Shown piece by piece: positions 1 through 11,749 of a DNA stretch of 64,000 nt. Under the pieces are notes generated by a model. The model had not been told where the DNA came from, did not search any database, and was given only the letters and a program-made list of their open reading frames with translations. The position numbers and the translations under genes were made by a program. The stretch comes from Geosiphon pyriformis uo1 (lineage: Eukaryota; Fungi; Glomeromycota), in NCBI GenBank assembly GCA_016748015.1, contig JAAOMT010000657.1, positions 525,464 through 589,463 of the forward strand. Reading direction: 5' to 3'. Each line of letters opens with the position of its first letter. Within the stretch, counting starts at the first letter, position 1.

Positions 1-1833
1 ATCAAAAGTGCTGCAAGCTGAAGAGATTCTATCTGAAAGGATTTTGGAGAGAATCTTGTGAGCTGTTTCAATTAAAGCTATAGGACAGATGTTTGTGAGA
101 ACTCTTTTCCATTCATATGGTTTAGGAATCATTGAAACCCAAGCTTCCCTCCAAGGTCCAGGAACTGACTTACCAACCAAACAGAAATTCAAGAGTACCA
201 AAAGCATATCCAAAACAGATTTGTCACAATGTTTCTATAATTCGTTAGAGATACCAGAAAGACCAGCTGCTTTTTCATCAGGAAGATCCTTAACAACAGT
301 TGACAACTCATCAAAACTGATTGAACACATGACATCAAAGAAAGCACTATCGAACACGTAATCCAGAGGCCGATATTGGCAAGCCCAATTCTCAGATAAG
401 TCAGACATCACCTCACGTTTTCTGGTCCATCCCTCCATAATTTTGTCCACCTTAGACTTAACCAAATCAGGCTCCAAAATCAATTCATCTTCTACAACCA
501 GATGATCTAGGACCACCTTGTGAAAAAGACACTCCAAAACACTTCTAATGGTGTGACTCTTGTTTAGCTCAAAACTCTCCATTCTCTTACCAATAGCCTG
601 CTTGATCAAGGATTCCTCAGCGCACTTGGATTTCAATAATTTGAAAGAGCAGTACAATTTCCTTGCTTTGGCCAGCACTGAACGAATAAGATTAAAATTA
701 GAATCTGAAAGAAACAGAGACTTAACCACCGACGCACCAGAGGAGTTGAGTCTGTGCCATACCTCCAACAAAGAAGCAAAACTGTTACTAGAAGCCAAAT
801 GCGAAGCCTTAACCAACTTAGAAACCAGCAGTTCCAGCTTGTAAAACCTAGAAGAAGTCTTGGTAAACACACCATCAAAACCTTTGAACCACTTTTTCTT
901 AAATGTACTATCTGCTGAAAGAACCATAATCTTGCAAACAATGTCCCACATAATGTCCACATCTGAAAATCTCACTGCCACACCAAAAACATCCAAGAAC
1001 ATAGAAACATTAGCAGCTAAAGCAATCTTGAACTCCAACCACTTAGCTTCATTGGCACTTTTGATGTCAAACTTCCAACAATTTCTATTTGCTTGCATGC
1101 AAAGAGAATTCAAATACGTATCCAAGAGTCCACCCAAACCCAAATCTACTGAAACAGCTTGATGGTCTGTGTCAAAATGCCCACCAACATTCAAAACTTC
1201 ACAACGCACTATTGCATTGACAAGACTTGACAAGACAAACATGTAATCAATTGTTTTTTTAACACCTCTAGAATTTTCCTAAGTGGGCATTTTCGCAGCT
1301 GGGCTGCTGGCTAAAGAATTGACCAGACCCAAATCAAAGCATCTTTTGAAACTTGCACCTTTATAAGAACCGTCTTTATTAAAATCACCTCCAAGAACGA
1401 TGAAAAAAGATTCATTAACAGCCCTTGCAATAAAAAAGTTAATCTCATCAGTCTGAGAAAGCTGCGCCACTGAAGAAGCACCAGTATAGAGCCCCAGAAT
1501 TGACACTGAAAGCTTATTCTTGAAAAGTAATCGAACAGACAGAAGCCAGCCAGGCACTTCAGAAACCTTGCATATATGCCTTGCCAAAGAAGAGTCCATG
1601 ACAACCACCACACAAGCATCCAGATATCCAGAATCCAAACCAGAGGTAAACACCCAAACACCATCAAACTTGTTGATGATCCAGGGACAAACCTTATCCT
1701 TCAACTTTGTTTCAGTAAAAATAGAAACCAAATTGCTCTTGTCTTTGTGCCAACGAACTATATCTTCCTGTTTTGCAGGAACGTTCATGTCCCAAACATT
1801 ACACATAGCAACTTTCCAAATCAAACTGGTCAT
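1..1833 (-). pseudogene. LINE ORF2 (APE endonuclease plus start of reverse transcriptase); TAG stops at Trp positions 1279 and 235
   Basis: ATG at 1833 (MTSLIWKVAMCNV); IFTETKL, LGGDFN, IDYMFV, FDTDH. The same reading frame continues across the stops. Confidence 0.9.
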
Positions 1834-3786
1834 TGAGAAGACGAGAGAACCAAAGAACCCAAACCAGAACACAACATATTCAATCTTGCCAAAACTGAGC
1901 TGACTGATGCATCCAAAGCCATCAACTTTGACTTCAAACCACCAATCTTGGCAGTCAGAACCTTTGAACTACTGGAACCAAAATCAGGATTAGCATTATC
2001 AACAGTTGGGCAAAGAAAAGAGGATGTTGCCAACAGAACATCCAGTGCCATATCCAAATCCATGCATGAGGCCTGAGAAGCAGACACAACAGGAGAAGGG
2101 GTGAGAGAAGAAGACACCAAAGATACCACTTTAACACAGCTCAGTTTTTTTGCAATGGCAGAAACTTGGTCTGTCAAAAGCTCCAAAAAGTGTTCCAAAG
2201 ACGCCACCCAATTACACAAACCAGAGATATCAGAAGGGGAGAATTCTACTAAGGTGGATTTCACACCAAAATTTGCACCAACACCAGAAAGACCCGAAGG
2301 AACCACACAAGAGGGAGAGCCACTAGCAACTTGGGCCTATGTCTTACCACCAAAGAAAACTGGGTAAGCGATAGGAGCCTGCTTTCTCTTATATACGTTA
2401 GCCAGACGAACCCAATTCTGAGAAGTTATCACTCACTTACTGCGAGTACCAGAATTCCCATCCATAGAACAAACATCAGAAACATGACTGAATTGTTTAC
2501 ACACTACACAACAGACCAAAGAGAGGCCAGCCCAATGCAAATCTACACCCTTGAAGACCGGAACCAAACCAACAGCAGCCAGCTTGGATGTCTCGCTTTC
2601 AAAACAAATTACAGCACACTGGTCACAAACATAAGAAGTTGGATTGCGGCCAATAAAACAAGTTTTCCTGCCATAAGCTTCCACCAATTCAGACAAATCA
2701 TGGGTGGTGGTGCCAACTGGAATAGTGTAAAGCAACACCTGATGCCGATTCTTAGATACCCATGTTTGTTTATCAATACTTGCCTTTGCCATGCGAACAG
2801 AATTTTTTCCCATGAGCACAGACCATCTAGCTGCGACCAAATCAGCTATCTCAGATGATTCATATTCTACTAGGGCCTTTTGCCAAAGACCAATAAGCTG
2901 CACTTTGATTGAAGTGATCTTGCCAAACCTGGAGAACACTGCCTCAATTGCCAATTTGGGAAGATCCACTGGGATTTCCTTAATGATTACTTCCCGATCT
3001 GAATGGCTGTTTATTTTTCTTAGATCATTATTTACCAAAATATTTTTACTGATTGCCATTTCTCTTGTCTTAATCAAATTTTTCTCAGATGTAAATGATG
3101 ATCTTATTATACCTGGATATTTTGAGAGAGTTGAAGCTCCCCCAAATCCATCAATTTGATAAAAGATTTTTTTTACAACCATTAATTTGTCAACATTTGT
3201 CTTTCCAGGCACTGCCAAAATCTCAATATCCAAGGCGAATAATTTAACTGGTTCAAAATCTCTTTTTTCCACAACACATAACTCAACTGCTGGCAAGCAC
3301 TTGGAACCAGAGAATTTTGGTGACGAAAGTGCCAAGACATCCTCATCATTACTCATTTTGTCAAAAGCAGGAGGTTTCGGTGGTTGGCTCAGCATGTAAG
3401 TCACAGTCCTTGTCATCTTTGGAGTGGCATTGTTTGCCATATCATCAGTGTTCGAGGCATTCAAATTCACATAACTCGTTTCCTCTGCAACCATGTTCTT
3501 TAAGTTTTTCATATCCAAGATCTCGCTGACACTATTACCATTGCTTTCCACATCACTGCTCCAAGACTTTTTGTGTTCCACTCCATTAGCACCCAAAATG
3601 CTTATAGAGAGGACCAGCCAATGAATCCACCATCCTCCCAGCAGCTTCGAGTTTTCTTGGCTTCTTGTATGACACACTGCGAGAGTAGACACTCTCAACA
3701 TGCTTCTTGTTTCTAACACCAGACCAGGTCCCCAACCCAGTCGAACTAGACCCAGAACCACCAGCAGAAAAGCTTGCCAGTTCCAT
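1830..3786 (-). pseudogene. LINE ORF1 (gag-like: two RRM-like domains plus CCHC knuckle); frameshift near 3605 and stop at 2433
   Basis: ORF pieces 3586..3798, 2433..3923 and 1830..2306 join. Motifs REVIIKEIPVDLPK..FSRFGKI and CVVCKQFSHVSDVC. Homologous to 60333..61564. Confidence 0.85.
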
Positions 3787-4569
3787 AGCAACAAACAAAG
3801 GGGTATCAAAAGAAATAACAAAAAAAAACTAAAAGGGAAAAGGGAAAAGGGAAACATATTTCTCTGGCTATTCAATGCTCTCATTGTAAGACAGTATGCA
3901 AAAACAGAAAAAACTTCTTTCAAAATTTGACTCTTTCAGGAATTTGGAATGAAGAAGAGAAAGAAGTTAATCTTTAATATTTTAGCAAACTCCTAAATTT
4001 TTTTATTAATAAAAAATAATTTAAGTAAAAAATTTTATATTTTTATTAATTATTATACTAAAACATTTTAAATATTTAATTACAGAAAAATATAGTATTA
4101 TTATAAATAATTTAAAATATAATTAATAAAATTTAAAATTGTTTTTTTATTCTTTTAATAAATTAATAATTTTTATTATATTTTTTATTAAGCTAATATA
4201 TTGTTAAATTATTTTTTTATGATAGATAAATTATTAATTATATTTACTTTTTTAATTGTTTTTAGATTAATTAAATACTTAATAAATAAAAAAAAATAAA
4301 AAATTTAATATTTGTTATTATTAAGTAAAATTTGAATTCTTAATTAACATAAAATTATTTTAATAATTTTAATATATTATATATTATATAGCCAAAATAT
4401 TAAATATTATTATTAATATATAAATTAATTTATATAATACATAAATATAATAAATAATATAATATTCTAAACAAAATTTTTTTCTTTTTTATATTTAAAA
4501 TCCACTAAAAAGTATATTTTTTGTAAAAAAATTTTTAATCATTCAATATAATAAATTCAACTTTTTTTT

Positions 4570-5726
4570 GTTTAATTATGAAACTATTGTTGGTTTCAGT
4601 ATAATTATTATAAAGAAATTTGTTAAGAACTCTGGTTTTGGTAATAACAACAAATAAATTCTTTCTAGAAAAAAAAAAGTGGTATTTTGAAAAACAGTAT
4701 TAATAGTAAGGTAGTTTTTACTAAAGTTTTAACTAATTATTTTTAAAGCTTTAAAACTGGTAATACTGCTAAATCTAATAGTGTTAATATGGAAAAAAAA
4801 TGTCTAATAGAAAAGAGCAATATTAATTATAGTAAAAAGAACTGTTCTAATAGAAAAAATTTTAATTAAACACTAAAAAATCCATAAATAAAAATCAAAA
4901 TAACATTAAGTATACTTCTAAAAAAAATCAATTTTTTAAGTGATAATAATAATAATAATATCTTGTTAGATGCTTTATCAACTTTTCTCCTTCCTCTAAA
5001 AAATCTGGTTTTTGTTTCTGTTAAGAAGTTTTTTGTTTTAAATATTGGATTAAATAATATTATTAAGAAGTTTTCTTAGAAAAAACTTTTAGTAATAAAA
5101 AAATTGTTTTTAAAAATCAATAGGTTTGGAAAAGCTTCTTTCTTCTCAAAATTTGCTGAAATTATTAAAGCTATGTTTATTTTTGAATTTAGCTTAATAC
5201 AAATAACTAGTATAGCAAAAACTAAAAATATTATTGTAAACACTAATCTTAAAAAATCATTTGTGCATTTAAATTAGACTGTAATAATAATAAAAATCCT
5301 AATTGAAATATTGGCTAAGGCTGTATATGCTGTACTATCCGAATTTAATGAGATTAAGTTAATTAAGATACAATTAATAGAGCTATAACAAAAAGCTGTA
5401 ATTGTATTTGGTTAATTAAATTATGCTAATCTAGTTACAACAAAGTGGTTTGTTTTAATCAAAGAGAATACAATATATATAACTAAAACTAATATAGACA
5501 AAAAATTATGAGATATAAGGAATTAATATAGAATACTGTTTTATACATTACTAGTGAGAACAAATGTTCACAATATTTGGGATTTTATTGGTTCTGTAAA
5601 TAAAAAAACATGTGTTATAGATTGTTATCCAGTCATGTACATTCAGACTAGATGTGCAGTTATCTGTTTTAATTCTTTTGAATCATTAAAAACTGTTATA
5701 AAAACCATACTAATGCTAAAAGATGC
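4570..5726 (+). pseudogene. Degenerate LINE ORF1 fragment, truncated at an LTR
   Basis: ORF 5554..5754 (KTCVIDCYPVMYIQTRCAVICF) aligns with KTCFIGRNPTSYVCDQCAVICF of the first LINE ORF1. Upstream sequence is AT-shifted but collinear. Confidence 0.8.
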
Positions 5727-6518
5727 TGTTATCCGAGTAGAAAAACCGATCTGAAGTTATGAAAAAACGTGACCAAAATGTAACATAACACAGAATAACG
5801 TGCAATAATGTTGAATAACACGTTATAATATAAGATAACGTGTTATAACACAGAATAACACAGAATAGCACGCAATAACATAAGATAATGTGTTATAATG
5901 CAGGATAACACAGAATAACATGTAATAACATCAAATAACTATTATAACATAGAATAACTAGTGATAACGTAGAAAAATAAAACAATAACAGAAACAACAA
6001 AGCAATAGCTAGCGATAGCAAGACAATTGAAAGCAATCCTGTAAAACCAAAAGAATGTATAAAAGCAAGTAGTTGTAAAAGTGAGAAAAAACAGACAGAT
6101 AGATACAAATCTCTAGACCAGAATTAAAATATCTATATCCCTTCATCCTTTATTATCTTTCCTATTTCATTTCCTGAAATAAACCAATTATTAAAAAAAT
6201 CAGAATCATGAATTCATGTTCTCAAACTTCGTGGAATTTACGTAAATTAACCCTTGTTTCATACCTCTATTCTAAAACAGATGCTCTTAGTATAACCATC
6301 TCGAACCTATTAACAATTTGGACCAATTGCTCTTGATCATGGCAATTAACAATACTAATTTATTTTTTCTCTCTTTTCTTTTCTTTTCTTTTTCTTTTTC
6401 TTTCTTTTTCTGTTTTATTTTTGTGGAGCAGCAACATAGTAAAATCGACTGTTTGGGAATAGACTTCATGATAGTCTGGTAAAAGAGGGAAGCTTCCCCT
6501 AAATTTTGGATATTAACA
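5727..6518 (+). mobile_element. Solo LTR of gypsy family B (~792 bp)
   Basis: TGTTA...TAACA termini; TATA-like TGTATAAAAG near 6056; reverse-complement homology to 52247..53079 and 54302..54540, where gag-like sequence follows. Confidence 0.8.
5780..5965 (+). repeat. Imperfect ~10-bp tandem array (CACAGAATAA / CGTGTTATAA) in the U3 part of LTR-B
   Basis: Directly visible period-10 repeats. Confidence 0.75.
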
Positions 6519-9051
6519 TACTTTAATCTAATTTATTATGTATCCTATTGTTATTTAAAAGACCAAAATCAATTATTATTCTATTAATCTTATCTTTATA
6601 TATACTGTTAAAAAATTTTATAAACCAATTGCACATCTTAATCTGCTGCAAACTAGCTCTTAAGTAATGTTATCCAACTGAGTCATATGCTTTGTACATA
6701 TTTTGTAGGACTAATTACAGTTTTCTATTTTTTTTTAAAGCATTTTTTACTATAAACCCAATAGTAAACACAAAAAACTGAATTAAAGTGTTTTTTAATA
6801 TTAAAAAATTGTTATCCCAGAAAACACCAAACTTACTATATACAAATAAAATCCAATTTGAAAGAACTTTAAAAAGAATTTTTTTGGCTGTTTTAATTAA
6901 TACAATAGATTAAGTATTTGTTAAAACTTTGTCTCAATTAAAGGCTTAGAGATTATCAAGATCTCTGTCTTTTTCCATAAAACAAGAACATTACTCAGAA
7001 ATAAATATAGATTTAAAAGTTTCAAAAAACACTTTACTATAGTATTACTGCTATGTTTTCAAAGTTTATTAAAGATATTAGATAGTTTAACAGCTTTGCT
7101 ATTAAGCAGACCATTAATAACTACAATCAATTTTTCTATACTAATTTTTTTTATTACTTTAGAAAAAACATTATTATTTATATAGTTTAATAATACATAT
7201 TAACAAGTCCAAAAATCAGACATTCCTGTAGGCATAACTTATTTTTTTGTCTAGTTTTCTATAATTTTGTTAACACTAAGCTTAATTTCTTCTAACTTCA
7301 AAACCAATTTACTTTCTACTACCAAGTAATTCAGAACTACTTTGCAAAAAAACTAATCCAAAATACTACTTATTATATTTTCTTTATTAAAACAAAAACT
7401 TTCCATAAGTTTCTCAATTATCTTCTTGATTAATGTTTTTTTAGTTATTTTTGACTTATTAAGCTTGAACTTTCTGTACTTTTTTCAAACTGTTAACAAT
7501 TATTTAAAAATATATATTAACTTATTACTATTTTGAATTATATTCATGATCTTAACAGTTTCTTTGTTATGCAGAGACAACTATTTCTTAACAAAATAAT
7601 CAAATTCAAACATGTTATTTGAGCTCAATTTCTTAACAATTTTGGCAATTAGCATTTCAAATCCAAAATTTTTTGAAAACTGCCTATTTTTTGAACATTA
7701 AAATTTATTGAACCAAAGTTAAGAGAATATTTTATCAGCTAATTCTATTATTATTTTTCTTAATAACTCTTATATAACATCCAAATTTCTACAAACTTTA
7801 GCTTCTGAAAACTTATTTACTATTAATGAAAATTTAACAAAAGAACACCCCTTAAATTATATCTATTTGGCATTATTTGCATTCTTGATTTTAAATTTCC
7901 AGTAATTTTTGTTAGTTTGCTTGTACATATTATTTAAATGGATATTTAAAAGACCACTCAGATTAATTAAAACCAAAACTGTCTTGTAATTAGTATTAAA
8001 AAGTCAAAAATAAGGCCAATCTCATAATTAATTACTGTTAATAACAAATTTTTACTTACAAAAATATAATTTAAAGTCTTTTTAACACTTTTTGAATTGT
8101 TTTAAGTAAAAACTTTGACCAATAGATGCTTATCAAATGAATTGACTAATTCTAAATCCAAATAAAACTTAAAACTTGCATTTTTCTTAAGTTTATTTTT
8201 ATTGAAATTTCCATTTAAGACCACAAAAATGCTGAAGTTAACTGTCTTAGCAATGCAAAAATTAATTTCTGTAGTCTAACCAAATTTAATTTCAGCAGAA
8301 GCACCAGTATATAAACCCAAAATTATAACTGAAAGCTTGTTTTTAAGTAAAACTGTACTAAAATAATCTGATCAAAAACTTCTTTTATTTTAGAAACATG
8401 TTAAACCAGAAAATTGTTCATAATAATAGTCATACTAGTATCAAAAAAACTTCTATTCAAACCAGATGTGAAAATTTGCACTCCATTAAACTTATTCATA
8501 ATTTATGATCTAACACTAAATCTTAACTTTATTTCTATAACAATAGAAATCATATTACCTAAACTTTTATATCAATAAACAACTTTTTTTTGTTTTATAA
8601 AGACATTAATACTCCAAAAATTACACATAGTAAACTTCTACACTAAATCAGTTATTAAGACAATAAAAATATTAAAAAGTCTAAGCTAAAGCACAATTGA
8701 TCCAACTTTATCAAAACTAAACTAACTAAAACTTTAAAAGCCACCATTTTTGATTCCAAGCCACTTATTTTAGTGATCAGAATTTTTGATCTACTTAAAC
8801 TTAAATCTGACACCTTTTATTTACAACTAAAAAAAGAAAAACAAATAACACAAGTGAGTTATCCAAAACCATATTTAAATCCAAATTCAAATTCAATAAT
8901 ACAGACATAATAGAGGAAAAGAATTGAAAAATAAATATTAAGGGTACCAGATTTACAAAGCTTAGTCTTAACACAATACTTGACACTTAATCTGCTAAAA
9001 GCTCTAAAGAATACTTTAAAAATACCAAGTAAGCACTAATGAATAAAATAT
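6519..9051 (-). mobile_element. Degenerate LINE, part 1 (ORF1 C-terminus, endonuclease, RT up to the QG motif region)
   Basis: The minus strand near 6640-6720 reads LVLQNMYKAYDSVG (RT D..KAYDSV motif). 8200-8650 is collinear with the endonuclease at 1279..1833. Confidence 0.85.
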
Positions 9052-9687
9052 TGTTATGGGTTGGAGTAACAAGCTAACAGCAAGAGAGAACAGGATTGTA
9101 GGGTAATGGAAATAATCAAAGAAAATTCAACTTCAAAGAGCAAATTGAATAAGTATGGATTCAATGTGTGAGATCAGTCTCATGAAATATCTCAGTCACT
9201 ATTCTTTTCAAAAGGTAACTGGAGAATCTGAAGGTAGAGAGATAGTCCGTACTGTCAACAAATGATCACACTTGGTATAATTCTATGCCTCATATTAGCA
9301 CTCTTAAAATTCAATATCAAGTATCAGATGTGCTCTTCAGTCATGTTTTATTCAATAATTTTCAAATGTTATACTTATACATTTTAGGAAAAGGGTAAAA
9401 ATTAACCAACAAGTAATCTTTTATTCCAAGATGTTCAGATACTTGAAGGTAAGAAAAGGGAAATTAGCAATAAGAAAATGATTGAAATGAAAGTTGTTAT
9501 TTTATTTATTCTTGATTATTTTGAACATGCTTTTCTATAGCTAAGAGATTTATTGCTTATATAGCTGTCAAAAGTGGTCAATAATCAGATTAATAATCAC
9601 TATCTAAAAATAGTATAGCTAATTTATATGACATCAATGGCTAATACATGTGATAATTAATAAGAAGTATAAGTTTCAACTGTAATA
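9052..9687 (-). repeat. 3' LTR of gypsy A (636 bp), with PPT (GGAGAGGA on -) adjacent at ~9690-9698
   Basis: Direct repeat of 16084..16829 and 62442..63132. Confidence 0.93.
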
Positions 9688-10313
9688 TTATCCTCTCCAA
9701 AAAGATTGAGCTCTGGCAAAATCAAGCTATTTATGGGGTAATCTATTTGAAGAGTTTTATCTAACTCAAAGCTAACTAGTTTGTTGAAGTTTTTTGTAGA
9801 TAAAGTATATAACACTTGAGGCAAAATGAGTTTTGTATCCAAAAGACCAAATCTTTGTATTAGAGTTTTAGCTCTTTTAGCAATAGTTAAAACTTTTGAG
9901 ACATCTAACTGTATAATGTCCAAAATTTCTGTCTGTATCTCTGAAGTTGTTTTCTTCATAAGTTTCATATTCTTTATAATTTCACCAAGACAACTATAGA
10001 GTTTTAATTGTTTTCTATATGACAAGTTTTTGTCTATGGATAAGATTTCTTGGAGTGTTTTTTCAATTGTGTTGGAAGGTGGAAGTATAGCTGCTGTTAT
10101 ACTTTCTAACAGATATTTATCCATTTTACTACCAATTTTTTCTCTTCTAGTAGTAGTTTTCTTTGGTCTAATAACAATATGTGTTCCACTGTTATTAGTT
10201 ATGGTGGTTTGTTTTCCAATAGTCAGAGTAGCATTTGGATAGTTTTTGATCCAATACTCATAAAGAGTATAAAAGACATTTTGAATGTTTTGATCCAGAA
10301 AATAATTGTTCAT
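9657..10313 (-). CDS. Gypsy A accessory ORF3 (218 aa from first ATG), unknown function, uninterrupted
   Basis: Open frame downstream of integrase that ends inside the 3' LTR. A same-length homologue lies at 63102..63758. Confidence 0.7.
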   Translation of the reverse strand: MNNYFLDQNIQNVFYTLYEYWIKNYPNATLTIGKQTTITNNSGTHIVIRPKKTTTRREKIGSKMDKYLLESITAAILPPSNTIEKTLQEILSIDKNLSYRKQLKLYSCLGEIIKNMKLMKKTTSEIQTEILDIIQLDVSKVLTIAKRAKTLIQRFGLLDTKLILPQVLYTLSTKNFNKLVSFELDKTLQIDYPINSLILPELNLFGEDNITVETYTSY

Positions 10314-10349
10314 GTCAATTGAAGATATCTCTGTTTTGGGAATGGTACA

Positions 10350-11620
10350 TTTATTTATACTTGATTTTTGCTGATCATTTGAGTTGGTATTACCACAACA
10401 GACAGCCAATCAAGTCGTTTATGATATTTTTTGAGTCATATACTGTAAACAGAATGATTATTAAAAATTGTTCTGGATTAATCTTGAAGAATATAAGAAC
10501 CATTGTTCAAAACTTTGTTAACTATAAAGGATTCTTTCCACTGGCTAGAAAATTTATTACCATAGACATTGTCTCTGTTTGAATGATATTCTAATACCAA
10601 GTTACCAACACTTAAAGAAAGTGTTTTATAGGTTTTCTTTTTCTTAAGCTTTTCTTAAAACTGTTTTATTTTTTCAAAAGCAATTATTTGTGCTTCTAAC
10701 AAGAAGTCAAGAATAATACCAAGTCTTTTTTGCAAAATGTCTTTGTAATTTCTTATTGTGATCTTTTCAAAGGGTATTGTTTCAATGTCAGTTTCTATTG
10801 GTAGTGTTGTCATGCGTCCATAGAACAGATAAAAAGGTTCATAACTTGTTATGTCATGATTCACAATTCTATAAGCAAACAAAGCTGAAAGCAGTACTTT
10901 GTCTCATAAGTTTGTTTCTTTACTGGTTTTGGCTAGGTTTTCACATAGTGTTCTAATAAAACGTTCTACTAGGCCATTTTTTTGGGAGTGATAAGGGGAA
11001 AAAAGTTTATAACATATTCACATTTTTCTACAAAGTTTTTCAACCAGTATACTGAGAAAAGCTCTTCCTCTATTAGATAAAAGTTCTTTGGGGCAGCCAT
11101 GACAGCAGATGATATTTTCATAAATAAAATTGGTTATTGAGACTGCTGTTTGGTCTGGAGTGGCTTTTGCTTCTACCCACTTTGTAAGATAGTCAGTAGC
11201 TATAATAATGTATTTATTGCCATTAAAAGTTATTGTTAAAGGTCCAACAACATTTATACCAATTCTGTCAAATGGTTGATCAACAGAGATTGAATGAATA
11301 TCTTCTTTGCAATTGGGTTTGCTTTTTCTTTGGCAGATGTTACAGGTTTTAATGTATTCAGCAATGTTTTTTCTCAAGATAGACTAATAATAGTGAGCTA
11401 AAGTTTTCTGAATTGTCTTTGTTTTTCCAAAGTATTCAGTTAATGGGTCAGTATGCATGTTATATATTACAATTTCTTTTTCTTCAAATCTAATAACTCT
11501 TTGGGAGTAGTCAGGATCTTTTTTGTTTCTTTTGTATAATTGGTTCTGATAGATCAAATAGAAATTTAATTGTTTATACAAATGTTCTCTTTGCTGTCAA
11601 GTGTATTTTGATAGGTATTG
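10350..11620 (-). pseudogene. Gypsy integrase (HHCC zinc finger, DDE core, GPY/F-like C-terminus; no chromodomain seen)
   Basis: [56 protein letters not shown]. Confidence 0.92.
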
Positions 11621-11749
11621 TCTTTTACCCAAAAATTTTATTAAGGCAAAGTAGTTGTTCAAGTCTATTATCGTGTTTGTTTGTGAAAAAGTTACTAATA
11701 ATTAAGTTGGTTTGGTTTGAGAGATTGTACTATTACTGGATGGTAAGTT

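Larger units (their letters stand above)
1..3967 (-). mobile_element. LINE (non-LTR retrotransposon), least degenerate copy; 5' end present, runs off the window start inside the RT
   Basis: 5' end ACTTCTTTCTC at 3967 (-) recurs at 59627 (+) and, degenerate, at 18400 (-). ORF1 has RRM-like segments and a CxxCxxxxHxxxxC knuckle. ORF2 has APE endonuclease motifs (ETK, GGDFN, IDY, DTDH) and the RT N-terminal KAAGLSGISNEL motif. Confidence 0.93.

Noticed and set aside
89-3930. Numerous plus-strand ORFs over the first LINE
   Set aside because: Antisense shadows of ORF1/ORF2 with no recognisable motifs.
5722-6284. Apparent 553-bp LTR (TG at 5727, CA at 6279) with a perfect 5-bp TSD GATGC
   Set aside because: Homology to the copies at 52247-53079 and 54302-54540 continues through 6280 to TAACA at 6518, so the second GATGC looks internal and coincidental.
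10314-10409. Extending ORF3 to the TTG start at 10409 (250 aa)
   Set aside because: This part overlaps the integrase C-terminus in another frame; the first ATG shared by both copies is at 10313/63758.
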